Made by a program: the position numbers and the translations under genes. From Octopus vulgaris (Eukaryota), in NCBI GenBank assembly GCA_951406725.2, contig OX597819.1, forward strand, positions 71,734,001 to 71,798,000: a DNA stretch of 64,000 nucleotides, read 5' to 3'. The notes beneath the pieces are model-generated. The model did not search any database, was not told the origin of the DNA, and worked only from the letters and a program-made list of their open reading frames with translations. Shown in pieces: positions 26,666 to 40,499 of the stretch (positions are counted from its first letter, which is position 1; every line of letters starts with the position of its first letter).

Positions 26666-29600
26666 GCTGATGAAAAAAGTCACCCCCACCTGGTAGACAC
26701 CCAGGAAGAAAATTCCAGTGAGAAACCTGCCCGGGAAGTAAACCCAAGTGCAAGTGCTCCTACCAGCACCAAAAGCCATGGAGACGAAAGAACCAAAGAA
26801 GGAGGAAAAACTAAAACTAAAACTCAGGCAAAACCAAAAAATGAAACAGCCAAGGATAGAAGCAAACCTGACTATCCATATACCAAAAAGAATGGAAACA
26901 GACAGCGCACACGGGTGTGTAGGTTCTACCTGAGAGGTGCCTGCTGGCATGGAGAGGAAGGTGCAGGCTGCCGTTTTGCGCATCCGGGACCCTGTCGCAG
27001 AGACACGAAACATGTCAGAAACCAACTACCGAAAGGAAAAGGGATGGACCACGCACCACCTGCTCCAAAACGGAGGTACGCAGATGTGGTGCGTGCCACA
27101 AACCGCCAACGTGTTGTTGAAGGGCAGCTGCTGAACAAGAATCTTTTTGTGCATGGCACAAAAGATTGTACAGCAGCTAACCTGGCTCCATCAAACTCAA
27201 GCTCGCAGATGGGACTATCCACAGTTCACAAGACCACCACAGCAAATAGACCCAAGGTGGACACCACCGGCAACAGCATACACCTCACCTCGATGCTCCT
27301 ACTGAACATCAGAGGACTACTAACACACAGTAACAGGACAAAAATCCCGTTCTTGAGAGACTTTGTTGCATGCAATCAAGCCTTATGCATAGCACTTACG
27401 GAAACACACCTGAAACCGGACATAGCGGATGCGGAATTACACATACCATAGTATGTTGTACTACGGACCGACAGAAAAGAAAGGAGTCATGGAGGAGTTG
27501 CTATGTACATCCGTGAGGACCTCACACCCCAGGTCCTTTTGTCATACTCAAACTCGGTGTGTGACACACTAATTGTACATGTAAGGCAACTTGGTGTAGT
27601 TGTGTGTGCTACATATCGCCCTCCAGATGCCCCAAGCCATATGGGCAAGTTTGAAGACTGCCTTATAAAAATAGAAGAAGTTCTAGTCACACTAGAACAA
27701 CACATAAGTGTACTTCTCATGGGAGACTTCAATCTACCCAATGTCAGATGGCCCGAGGGCCTTTCTCTCCCAGGAATGACACGATGTGAACGAGGACAGG
27801 CGAAGTCCCACCTGAACCTCATCAACACCCTGTACATGGAGCAAGTAATACTCCAACCAACCAGGGCAGGTAACACACTGGATCTCTGCTTCACAAATAA
27901 TATGGATCTCATCCATAATGTGAAAGTGACACCGACACTACTCTCGGATCACAACATGGTAGAGCTGATCATGTACGGGCCAAAGGAAAGCATGGACATG
28001 CAGCCTACAAGAAACTCAGAATCTTTCCAGCTTGAACTTCAATAAGGCAAACTGGAAACAAATTGAGAAAGAGATCCTCAAACAAAACTGGCCTGAATGT
28101 CTCTCCTCGCCAGACATCGACATGAAACTTCAACAATTCATGTCTGTAATGCAAGCCATATGCTACAAATGTGTCCCAGAGAGAAAGGCCACTGTACACA
28201 AGAACAAAATCCCCAGAGAGAGGAAAATTCTAATGAGACGGCGTACAAAAATCTCAAATCGCCTAAACAAACAATTTGAAAGCAGTGAAAAGTCCCGCCT
28301 GAAAATGAAACTGTTGGAAATTGAAAAATGTCTGCAACTCTCCCATGAAAAGGAAAGAGCAGACAAAGAAGCCTGGGCTATAGACAACATAAAATCTAAC
28401 CCCAGAGCTTTCTACAGGTATGCCAAAGAAACAGCTACGGTGCACTGTAGGATAGGGCCACTCCTTGAAAAGGATGGCACACTCACAGGAAATCCAATGA
28501 GGGTAAGTGAAATACTGAATGAACAATTCAAGAGTGTTTTCACCCCACCCCTTGGGCATTTCCAAATCAGCAATCCAGCTGACTTCTTCACCACTGCAGA
28601 TATGGGGTCAGAGGCGGCGATGATTGATTACATCAAAATAAAGGAAGACGATGTAATAAAGGCTATAGATGAGATGAAAACAAACTCAGCTACTGGCCCC
28701 GATGGATTCCCGGCAATCCTTCTAAAAGTATGTAAGAGAGTCCTACCAAAACCACTGCAGTCTCTCTTTCAGAGCTTTCTTGCAACGGGCAAACTTCCAA
28801 GAAAACTGAAGGAAGGTAAAATATGCCCTATTCATAAAGGAGGTAGCAGAGCGGAGGCCAAGAACTACAGACCTATCTCTCTGACTTCACACATCAGCAA
28901 GGTCATTGAACGAATAGTCAGAAGGAAACTAATCACCTTCCTTGTAGAAAATGACTTGCTGCCTGACACCCAACATGGTTTCCGACCAGGAAGAAGCTGC
29001 TTAACTCAGCTCCTACAACACTATGACTGGGTGCTGAAACGACTTCTCAACCACTCAAATGTGGAAATGATATATCTCGACTTTGCAAAGGCCTTTGATA
29101 AAGTCGATCATGGAATGATATGTCACAAACTGCGTGATCTTGGCATAGTTGGAAAAGTGGGAGAATGGCTTCATGACTTTCTGAAGGATAGAAGTCATTA
29201 ACACGCAAATAGTGAGCGGTGTTCCGCAGGGCACTGTTTTGGGACCACTACTGTTCATAATGGCCCTCTCAGACATGCCCTCAGCCACGCAGAGAGCCAC
29301 GATTACAAGTTATGCAGATGATACAAAAGTTTCACAGGCAATACAAAACTCTGAAGACACTAAGCACCTGCAATGTGAGCTGAACAAAATATACAAGTGG
29401 GCTGAAAAGAATAGCATGCAGTTCAATGCTGAAAAGTTTCAAGCTTTATGCTATCAGCATGCAAAACTGAATGCAATACCCAATGAATACACTGGACCCG
29501 GAGGGATTGCAATCCCAGAGGCACAATCAGTGCGTGACCTGGGTATTCACATGAGTGATGACGCAACCTTTCATGTACATGTTGCTAAACTGGCAATGAA

Positions 29601-30302
29601 ATGTAGAGGGCTGGCCGGATGGATTCTTAGAACCTTTAGAACAAGAGAACAAGAAACCTTGATGGTCCTCTGGAAGACACTTGTCCTAAGCCACTTTGAC
29701 TATTGCTCTCAGCTATGGTCACCATCCAGTGTCAAGTTGATCACAGAACTTGAGGCGATCCAACGAAGCTACACGAAAAGATAGCCTCTGTGCAGCATAT
29801 AAGCTACTGGGAAAGACTCAAGAGATTAAAACTCTATTCCTTGGAGCGTAGGCGAGAAAGATATGCCATAATATATATCTGGAAGATCCTGGAAGGACTT
29901 GTCCCAAACTTTGGCATCGAGAGTCACACAAATGCCAGAACCGGGCGCCACTGCGTGGTACCAAGGACTCCAAATTTGCCATCAAGATGTAGGATAAGAT
30001 ACTGTGATAGCCTGGGCTTCAGAGGCCCACAACTCTTCAATATCCTCCCGAAGAACCTGAGGGACCTGCATGGTGTAGATGCGGATGTCTTTAAAGTAGG
30101 ACTGGATCTCTTCCTGTCAGGTGTCCCGGATGAACCAACTTCACGGCAGGAGGTGCAGATGAGGGCAGCTGCATCGAACTCTCTCATGCACCAAATGGCA
30201 GTTGCTAAAAAGCATTCGTGAGGTAAAATCATGTAGCAAACCAAATGGCGGTGCCCCAGCATGGCCACAGCTCATGAGCTGAAACTGGAAAAATCAAAAA
30301 TC
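26666..30302 (+). mobile_element. CR1-group LINE (CCCH zinc finger, APE endonuclease, RT), 5'-truncated, few disablements
   Basis: CRFYLRGACWHGEEGAGCRFAH; LNIRG, LTETHL, YRPP, GDFN, LDL, SDH (APE); GPDG, NYRPISLTS, QHGFRPGRSC, YLDFAKAFDKVDH, GVPQGTVLGP, YADD (RT); stops at 27449 and 29782, frameshift ~28035, small deletion ~29200. Confidence 0.92.
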
Positions 30303-30408
30303 ATATATATACATATGCATATATATACATACATATATATACATACATGGATATATATGCATACATACATATATATACACATACATATATATACATATAT
30401 ATATATAT

Positions 30409-30570
30409 ATTAATAGTTATCGCCATACTAATATGGCAGTCTTATAAATATAAGACTAAAGCTGTCGCTGATTAGCTCCAAGAGGCGGTGGCCTCTTGGA
30501 TTATAGTTACCGCCATACTTATATGGCAGTCTTATAAGACTGCCATATAAGTATGGCGATAACTATTAAT
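30409..30570. mobile_element. Small palindromic MITE-like element
   Basis: 38-bp TIRs 30409-30446 / 30533-30570 (1 mismatch), third internal copy 30503-30536, hairpin tccaagaggc-ggtg-gcctcttgga. Confidence 0.65.
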
Positions 30571-30619
30571 TTCCAGTAACGCTGCCGTAATCTCCTTTAG
30601 GGAGACTTAATAATTTTAA

Positions 30620-30690
<71 letters not shown>

Positions 30691-30716
30691 ATACATGTAT
30701 ATGCATATATATATTC

Positions 30717-30759
<43 letters not shown>

Positions 30760-31847
30760 TGTGTTTTTATGTTTATACATCTATATGTGTGTACATATGT
30801 CTGCAACTGTACATGCTAAGCTAAATACACACAGGCATATAAGCGTGTGTTGTGTGTGTATGTGTATGTATATATGTATGTACGTATGTATGTGTGCATA
30901 TATCTGTGTATGTATGCGTATATATATGTTTGTGTGTGTGTGTGTGTGTGTGCACCATGCATGCGCTCCCACACATACGTGTTCGCTCATAAGTACCACG
31001 ATCCTTTAATTTATATGTTGCAAACACTCATGTTTCCTCAAGTCATTAAACATATACAATTTCATATATTTTCAAAGGAAATAACAACAACAAAAAAAGC
31101 AGCTAGCAAACAGGAACCAAATAAATATCTACTTAAAGAAGTGATTCGTTAGCGGAATATAAAGATACATTGCTGGCGGGAAGACAATAAACTGCGTTAA
31201 ATCAACTTTGATCGGAGAGAAACAAGGTAAATATTGAAGTATTTTTGTTACTAAGTTTTGCTTTTGTATTTTATTTCAATATGGAGAATAAGCGATGCTA
31301 TCGTGTGAAATAACCTTGATTATATTCAATAAAATATATTTCAGATAGAGAGTGCAAGTTATTTCATGTTAAAGCTTAATGATTACAAGTGTTTGGAAGC
31401 GTTAGCATATATCTATATAACTAACGTAAATGTCATGAAAATTTCACAACTTGTTCACTATTTTATTTCAGCAGATATATATATATCTTATAAAATCAAA
31501 TATTATTGTCCTATCTTTTTCTCTCCGATTACTATAACGACCAGCAATCACTTCTCTTTTGCAGACAGGAAAAGAAGTAATAAATTTTGACACTTGTGAA
31601 GTAAGGAAAACTAGTATAAATTTTACTTATATAATAGTAAGATTCCTTTATTTTCAAATGTTAAAGTTAGTTATATATTTTAAATTGTATCGCATTTTAG
31701 AATCTACGACGTTTATGGTTATTACTATTGTTGGCATTTCTGCCAGTGTGTTACCAGTGTATCAATTTGACCAAGAAATATTCCTGAATAAACAATGAAC
31801 AAGGTTGGACGTTTGGCATCCGGTTTATTGTGGTGCCACTATTCATG

Positions 31848-32060
31848 CTAATGGGTGAGCTGACAGAATCGTTACCTCGCCGGACAAAATGCGTAGCAGC
31901 ATTTCGTCCGTCTTTACGTTCTGAATTCAAATTGTCATCGAAGACAACTTTGTCTTTCATTTTTTCGGGGTCGATAAAATAAGTACCTGTAGAATCTGAG
32001 GTCGATGTAATCGACTTGCCCCTTCCACAAAATTTCCAGGCCTTTTGCCTATATTAGAAG
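31848..32060 (+). mobile_element. SINE family B; further copies at 33588-33805 (+), 34550-34775 (-), 47445-47610 (-)
   Basis: Shared gagctg.cagaa.cgtta...acgttctga.ttcaaatt...ggggtcgataaa...ggtcgatgtaatcgact. Confidence 0.8.
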
Positions 32061-32699
32061 GGACTATTTATACATACATGTTAGTTATGTTCCCCAACAG
32101 GTAACAGGTTCCTTTATGTTGAATGTCGACTATCCTATAAAGGTGTCTATTTACAAATTTTCAGTAACCCAAATTCTTCCACTATCTTCTGTAATGCATT
32201 CTAACTGCACTCTATTTCTATAGGAAGTTTACAGATTGTGACACGTCTGTCCGAAGACTATGGCACGGATAATGCAACTGTTTGCAACATTCCGAAGAAT
32301 TTAGGAACTGGACAGTGATTCCAAATGAATGTCGGGGACGAATGTTCCACACTGGGCAGGACTTGAATGACAAAAGAACTAAAGAGAGAAGAGTGTCTGT
32401 GATATTCACAAACTCTTCCAGTGATCCCAAAAAGACAAAATGCTGAGTGATGATATTCATGTTTGCTTTCAATTGTCATCTCAGTGGACCGAAGTTAAAA
32501 TTGTCAAACTGTCTACAAGCATGAAAGACAATATTTTCAATGAATAGTTGTCCGTCGTTTTAGAAGAAAACTTCGTTACAAACAGAACAAGAATGATTCA
32601 TTTATCAGAAAAGATGCCGTCGACACAGCTCTTATATGTGTAATGGTTACAACTCAAGAATTGATATCGAAAATGCTCCTCAAACCTACGTTAACTAAT

Positions 32700-33300
32700 A
32701 TACAAGTGGGTGTGCAGAAAGCAAAACGCTTGGGAAATACCATCAACTGGCAGCTGTTGTCGGTGCTTCCAAGAAATAGTCATAGTTACAAATCAATACC
32801 TACAAATCAATACCTAGAGATCAAAACCGACAGATCAATACATAGTGTAGTGGATCAAGAAGAAATAGTTCATTAACCTGTAGAATTTTAAATTCCTTGG
32901 AACCGTCAAGTCGATTGCCACACAGACTTCATTTCCCCAATAATTCTGTTACATAATTTAGATTAACTATGGTTATGTAATGGCACATGGCAAACGGTTA
33001 AGAAGATTAGATCATATATAATCGCGGTCTCTAATCTCATTGGTTGCACGAACAGAGAGGATGCAGTTATACCGCAAATTCCACTCATATAAGCCGATGT
33101 GTCCTTCCGATTTTGAGGACTTCAGTTTCCTGAGCATCTAAACTTTCTTTACGTCAATCAATAAATCCCAGTGACAGTTGCTGAACAACATCTTGAACAA
33201 TACTGCTTTGCGAATGGATAAATTTATGCGGGATATTCAAGAGCTGGAAGCCTTTATTATTTCTTTATTTTCTTCTGTTGGTTGAATGAAAAATATTGAG
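32700..33300 (+). mobile_element. Highly decayed Helitron PIF1-like helicase C-terminus
   Basis: H*PVEF.NSLEP..PHRL, PIILLHNLD*LWLCNGT, VIPQIPLI, F*GLQFP, SINKSQ*Q, CFANG*IYAGYSR match Helitron helicase motifs (PVEFLNSL, LRNL..LCNGTRL, IPRI, QFP, TINKSQGQ, HGQLYVA.SR). Confidence 0.8.
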
Positions 33301-33386
33301 TCTCGTGAGAAGCTGATATGACGATGTTTAGAATTACGAAAGTGATGATGGGTAAAGCTTTTCTGTCAAATCAGTCAACTGGGGAT

Positions 33387-33541
33387 CACAAGCGTAGCGG
33401 TAGGCGTAGTCCACCTCGGGTGACACTGTTAAAGGGATACCACTTGTGGGTCTGCTGTAGGCATTATGTGCTTTCTGTGGACTCCGGGTTCCGCAAACGG
33501 AAGGGCCGCCTCGGGCAGCAGACACTCTTTCTACGCTAGTG
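33387..33541. mobile_element. hAT-type MITE (155 bp)
   Basis: Termini cacaagcgtag / ctacgctagtg (10 of 11 complementary); exact 8-bp TSD CTGGGGAT (33379-33386, 33542-33549). Confidence 0.8.
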
Positions 33542-34029
33542 CTGGGGATCATCCACAACACTTAGTATCTCAGCATGTCTTACAATTCGGCAAGCTGGCA
33601 GAATCGTTAGCACGCCGGGAAAATGATTGGCGGCATTTCGTCCATCTCCACGTTATTAGTTCAAATTCCGCCAAGGTCGACTTTGCCTTTCATCGTTTCG
33701 GGTCGATAAAACATGTACCAACTGAGAACTGGAGTCGATGTAATCAACTAGCCACCCTCCCTATCCCCCGAAATTGCTTGCCATTTGCCACATTTTGAAA
33801 CCAATATTTTAATGTATGAGTTACCTCTTGACTCTAAGATTCCACACGTTAATAAGAATGGTTCTATTTCCATCGGTGGTTTACCTCACGAATATCCTGC
33901 TTCTACTCCTTTTCGAGTTATCTGAAGAACTTAAAATTATCCAGAATAAAAAAAAGGTTGTTTTCACATTTATGTGACTCTGCGTCCGCTAGCATATTTG
34001 AATTATAAATGTGCAGGAATTATGTTTTA

Positions 34030-34392
34030 GGTGCAAGAGTGGCTGGTTGTGTGATAATTAGCTTGTTTACCAACCACATGGTCCTGGGTTCAGCCCCACT
34101 GCGTGGCACCTTGGCCAAGTGTTTTCTACTATAGCCTCGGGCCGATTAAAGCCTCGTGAGTGGATTTGGTAAGACGGAAACTGGAAGAAGCCCGTTGTAT
34201 ATATATATATATATATGTATATGTTTGTGTGTGTGCTTGCGTGTTTACGTCTCCGTAACTTAGCGGTTCGCCAAAAGTGACCGATAGAATAAGTACTAGG
34301 CTTACAAATAATAAGTCCTGGGGTCGATTTGCTCGACTAAAGGCATTGCTCCAGCATGGCCGCAGTCAAATGACTGAAACAAATAAAAGAGT
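34030..34392 (+). mobile_element. SINE family A, full length
   Basis: Head, internal microsatellite, tail ctccagcatggccgcagtcaaatgactgaaac. Confidence 0.85.
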
Positions 34393-34794
34393 GCCATTTA
34401 CACAATGAAAATATGCAATACAGTACACTCGACTATCATGGGTGCTACGTTCCAAAATTCCCAGCCATATCTGAAAATCCGCGAAGTAGAAACAGTACTG
34501 TACTGTGTATTTTTATTATTTTTATAATTTTTATATATTTACTTATTTATTTATTGCCCAGAGAGGACTAAATATAAAGCGGACAAACAAGGACAGACAA
34601 AAGGATTACGCCGATTAGATCGACCCCTGTGCGTAAATGATACTTATTTAATCGACCCAGAAAGGATGAAAGGCAAAATTGATCCCAGTGAAATTTGAGC
34701 TCAGAACGTAACGGCAGACGAAATACCGCTAAACATTTCGCCCGACGTGCTAACGTTTCTGCCGGCTCGCCACCTCTATATATATTTATCAATA

Positions 34795-35369
34795 TCTATA
34801 AATCTGAAATGCGAAAAGTTTGTTTGTCTGGTTTTGGCATTGGAACGGGTTAAAGGACACTAGATCCCGTGGAATTGACTCCAAAATTTACAGGGACATG
34901 TAAAATGAGGTGAGGATGTAAGTGGGCTAGCTTAGAAATCCCTATCTTAAAAGGTGTGGTTACTAGGGCAAAAAAGCGCACACTTTGACAAGTCTGCTCC
35001 CATTCTCTTATCTGCCTGTCTTCCTCCGTCTCTCTCTGTTTCCTCCCTTCCCATCACTTTCTCTCTATATCGTCGCTTGACAGCGTCTACTATCTTTCGC
35101 TGTCACTCTCTCACTCTACGTCTGTCTGCATTCATAGAGAGTTTTATTATCGCCACCACCACCACCACACAATCATGAGAACAAATATTATGAATCAGAT
35201 ATTTATTGGCTAATTTATATATGTGTGTGTGTGTGTGTTCTATATATAAATATGTATATATAATGTATATATACAAAGTGTATATATCTGTATTTATATA
35301 TATATATATATATATGTATACATATATATATATATATATATAAATTTGTATACATTTGTATATATAATG

Positions 35370-35416
<47 letters not shown>

Positions 35417-36199
35417 GTAATGCGTATATATATATATATATATAATGTGTGCATTATGTGGTCGGTTGAGCTGAAAATATGCACACCTATGTTAAAAGTG
35501 CTGGCGAGTTTGCATGGCAACTATTTTTTTCCTCAAATGAAAAGCGTGACCTCTAGGACAAAATTCCTCATCTTATAAAATGTGGCCCGAATAGGCCCAA
35601 ATGAAATCGGATTATATTAACCAAAATGTGAAAAGGGGTCTAAAGGGGCTGGAAGGGGATTAAAATTTACAGGAGCGGGTGTTTAGGAATTTTCTTTTAC
35701 ATCAAGTTCAAAATTTTACGCTAGCCGTTAAACTACCACTACGTTGCTGTCTGTCGTTAAGAAATGCCAGCCATGGTGACTCTACTATCCTCAGATTCTA
35801 TCCCTTCAAACTTTGGTTTCCAATATTTTTTTATTTTTATTTTTATTCAGCTCGCAAGTCTGTCCCTTTTAAATATTAGTGTTTTGCTGTCTGCCTTGAA
35901 GCAGATCTTTCCGTTGTCACTGCCTGATATTTATGATTGATCTTTCAAAATATTTTTCTTTCTCAACTTACTCAAGATCTTTTGTTGTTTATAAATGGGA
36001 GAGAGATAGATAGAGAAAGATAGAGAGTAAGCGAAAGCGAGGGAGAGTCCGAGAGAAAGGAAGAGTAAGAGAGTGGGAAAGTGAGAGAGAAAGGAGAGAG
36101 AAACAAAGAGGGAGAATGTGATGATAAAAACAGAAAGGAAGCAACAGAAAGTAACAACCACACTCTTACCCGCGCGTAGAGCGGGAAACCTTAAGCTAG
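34795..36199 (+). mobile_element. Non-autonomous Helitron
   Basis: A|TCTATA...gtttgtttgtctg 5' end (exact start ambiguous); 3' hairpin CCCGC-gcgtaga-GCGGG (36169-36185) followed by CTAG|T. Confidence 0.7.
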
Positions 36200-36797
36200 T
36201 TTTATTATAAATGCAAAATAACACCACGGAGGAATCGACGTAAGCTTAAATAATTAACCACAATACGTGAACCCCGATATGGCGTGAGATTACTATACAC
36301 AATATATACAGAGCATATATCTATACTGCGGTGGATTTGATACGAGAATCCATGAAATTTCTGGATAACAATATCATTTCTAGCATGAAAGGTTAATCTG
36401 CAGAACAAATCAAATACCACGCTTGAAAACCTATAATACAGTCATCAATAACAATTTATAGCTACGTTTTAGCTGGATTGCAACCGGATATCCTGCTGAT
36501 GTTTGATAGCTTGCTGCGCCACATTTCTACTTTATAAACAAACTGTTTTTATAACGGTGGCCAGAATAGACACAATCTGGCATGTGACTCCATACATTAT
36601 ACAGTTTGTCAAAATCTAATGTGAAACCGATGAAGTGTATTCCTACATTTTAAAATATAATTGAATTCTAATTAATTCTAATTTATTTTCTGCGCGTGTT
36701 CAACTTCGATTCTATTCTTCCATATGTTTGCATTAATAACAATTTGTGTGTGTGTGTGTGTGTGCGTACGTGTGTGTGTTTGAATGTGTGTGTGTAA

Positions 36798-36841
<44 letters not shown>

Positions 36842-36948
36842 AAATGTCGAACGATGAGAATATATAGATACACAGACATACACACATACGCACACATACC
36901 TACAAAGGTGCTTAATATATCAGTAACTCGTAAATATATATGTATGTG

Positions 36949-37022
<74 letters not shown>

Positions 37023-37288
37023 AAAGTGTACGTACAACATTTCTCCGTTTTTCTCCGTCCTTGTTTTCGTATACGTTCATTCCTTTCTTCCAAGGAATCT
37101 AGTGCTCTTAGCTTAGATTTTCGATGGGATGACCAGATTGGAGTATTCTCGAATATAACCAGCAGAAGTTGCAATGATAATCTGGAACTCGATTGAGGAA
37201 ACAAAACTCCGTATGACCCGTCCTTGATATTTCTTGTCCCCTTTTGTGTCATCTGTCTGGATGTTTTCTTGTCCCATTTTTTGTATTC

Positions 37289-37382
<94 letters not shown>

Positions 37383-37852
37383 CATATATATAGATATACG
37401 TGCATACATATATACATACATACATACATGCATACATACGTACATATATGCATACGTACATACATACATGCATATACACACGTATATACACACACACATA
37501 CGCACACAAGTCTTTAATTTATCAGTAACTTATAATTTCATCTTATGTCAGACAATAAATCATCTGAGAAACCGAGAAGCATCATTTGCGAAAATAAGTA
37601 ACATCGATGGACCAACGCAGAATCTTACGTTTCCTCCTGATTTCGCTGTTAATCTTCATAAGATCAGCCGATCTACAAGGTAAGATGTCTGGACTGCTAT
37701 GAAATGTCTAACCAATAACCTCCTCCTTCACTTTTCTTTTTACTTTCAACATTTATATTTCGAGCAGTGAAGGTTGGACGAGTGACTAGGGCATTTCACT
37801 CAAAATTGTAGGGTCGTGAATCCAACTCCCGGCGATACGTTGTGTCCTTAAG

Positions 37853-37891
<39 letters not shown>

Positions 37892-38308
37892 TAATATAGG
37901 ATAATATTTTTCGAAAGAAATTTTATCAATGGCCAGCATATTAAAAATACGTTTAAAGGTTAAATTTATAAGCAACTTATAAACAAGGGCAAAAGAAAAA
38001 TTCCAATGCCAAATATGCCGAAAATAGACAAATTATCAATAACCATATAATTTATCACTATTAACACGCGTCTCGAAGTAAGCTGATAGAAATTTCTAAA
38101 AAATTCCGTTATTACCGTATAGGTCCCAATTTCAGAGTTAATTCATAACAATTTTCTCCTCGTCAGCGATAAATACGTAAGATATAAATTAAATTCTTAC
38201 TCATACTCATGGAAGAAGCAAGCACTAAGTCATGAGCAAACCTAAGTACCCAAAAATATATCCAAAATAGAAAATCTCCAGCACATCGCGAGACACGTGC
38301 GATTCGAT

Positions 38309-38357
<49 letters not shown>

Positions 38358-38479
38358 GTCTATACATATATACATACATACACACATACATACATACATA
38401 CATACATACATACATACACACATACATACATACATACATACATACTACATATATATATATAAACACACACACTTTTGTC

Positions 38480-38549
<70 letters not shown>

Positions 38550-38583
38550 AAATCAAAGTAAGCAACAAGGATATCCAGAGGTA

Positions 38584-38672
38584 ATGCAGTACGATCGTTT
38601 CAAGCAACTCCACTTAATCGGACAATTCAATCATTACATCAATTTAAAATGCAGAATAATCTTCAGCTGCAC
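38584..38672 (-). ncRNA. Type I hammerhead ribozyme motif in a short (TA)n-adjacent insert
   Basis: Minus strand GTGCAG-CTGAAGA-[58 nt]-GAAA-CGATCG-TA-CTGCAT: 6-bp stem I, palindromic stem III, GUA triplet; stem II pairing is poor. Confidence 0.7.
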
Positions 38673-39089
38673 AAAAACATAGAATTTAACCTTCCTTTAT
38701 AACCATATTAGCTTGGCAATAACTATTTATATCCACTACCGCTGTCGTAGTCTCCTTTAGATCGATACGCATATAATAACATATACATACATATATATGC
38801 CTATCTATGACTGTTTTGTCATCGCTTGTTTTCTCACCTCTTGACAACCGGTGTCGGTTTGTTTACGTCTCCGTTTCTAAGCTGTTCGGCAAAAGTGACC
38901 AATAGAATAAGTACAAGGTTTTAAAAAATATAACTTATGTACTGCAGTCAATTTGTCGGACAAAAACTCTCGAAGGCAATGCCCCTGCATGGCCACAGTT
39001 CAATGACTTAAGTAAGACGTAAATACTAAAATAATCTCCATAAAACTGGTTTCAAATGTTGGTAGATCCTCCAGAGTGAGGAGGTAAGG

Positions 39090-39895
39090 TGTTTACATCG
39101 ACCCCAGTGCACAGCTGGTACTTCTTTTATCTACTCTGAAAGTATGAAAGGCAAAATCTACCTCGACGGATTTTAACCTCATAACGTACCATAACGTAAA
39201 AACAGACGAAATGGCGCAAAGCATGTCCTCCGGCGTGTTAACGATTCTGCCAGCTGGTCGCTGATTATAAATATTATAGGATTTGTAAGGCAACGAGCTG
39301 GCTGAACCTTTAGCATGCCGGGCGAAAGGCTTAGCGGTATTTCGTCTGCGTTACGTTCTGAGTTCAAATTCCCTCGTGGTCGACTTTACTTTTCAACCTT
39401 TCTGGTCGATCTAATCGACTGGAACCCTACCCAAAAATTTCGAGCCTTGTGCCTAGAGTAGAAAAGAATATAAGAGAGTGCGCTGGTAGAAATGCTTAGC
39501 GGTATTTCGTCTGTTTTATGTTCTGAGTTCAAGTTCCGCCGATGTCGATTTTGCCTTTCACCCTTTCATCAGGTTCGATAAATTAAGTCCCATTTGCATA
39601 CTGGGGTCGATCTAATCGACCAGCCCACACTCCCAAAATTTCGGGCCTTGTGCCTAGAGTAGAAAAGAATAAACATCATAGGATTTGTAAAGCAGAGAGC
39701 TGCCAGAACCGATAGCACGGCGAATGGAATACTTTACGCCATTTCGTACGTTATTACGATCTGAGTTCAAATTCCGGTGAGGTCGTATTTGTTTTTCATC
39801 TTTTTGTGACCGATCAATTAAGTACCAATGGAGCATTGTAAATCCACTTAGCCCCTCCCCCGGAATTGGTAACCTTGTGCCAAAGTTTGAAACTA
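39090..39895. mobile_element. Cluster of four SINE family B copies (one minus, three plus in tandem)
   Basis: ~39090-39260 (-), 39286-39470, 39475-39670, 39688-39895 (+). Confidence 0.8.
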
Positions 39896-40443
39896 ATAGT
39901 TATTATAGGATTTACCAAAATGCTATGTGTAGCCGACATCTTTCGTTTTGTGTTCTTAACACTTTGTTTTTATTCACCAATGATATCTATCTTGTGTGTA
40001 AAAATGTTCAACAGACCATAAAAAATAATTGCAATCATTTTCCTTAAAGGTGTACATTATTCATTTATGTTATATATTTATTCACATAAAATTCTGGACG
40101 ACAACATGAAAATGGGAAACTGATACTTAAGAGATAGAAAATGGCGCCAGCGATGGTATAATACCGTCTCTCACAATCAGATTCTGAAATGAATAATTAA
40201 GACTGCATTATGAACACTTTGAAGGAAACGAGAGGAAAGCCAGATTAGTACAGTAATATAACTATAAAGGACGTCATTATGTTGAAGTCTGTCTTCAGGC
40301 TGTGTTATACAATGGAGTCCAGTCATTTGGTGTATTCCAGAAATTTTGTTTATAGGAAGTTTGTTTATACGATCATCAGACAAATAGCGTACAGCATGTA
40401 TTTAATATCTAACTAAAACATTAAGCATGTATGTAATATCTAA

Positions 40444-40499
<56 letters not shown>

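Noticed and set aside
26666-26690. CTGATGA at the LINE 5' junction as a ribozyme core
   Set aside because: No stems or GAAA/UH arrangement; reads as coding sequence.
31701-31760. Signal-peptide-like stretch NLRRLWLLLLLAFLPVCYQ after an AG, plus a possible 36-nt exon at 31565-31600
   Set aside because: No in-frame ATG nearby and only a weak donor (GTATCA); cannot be tied to the protease without cDNA.
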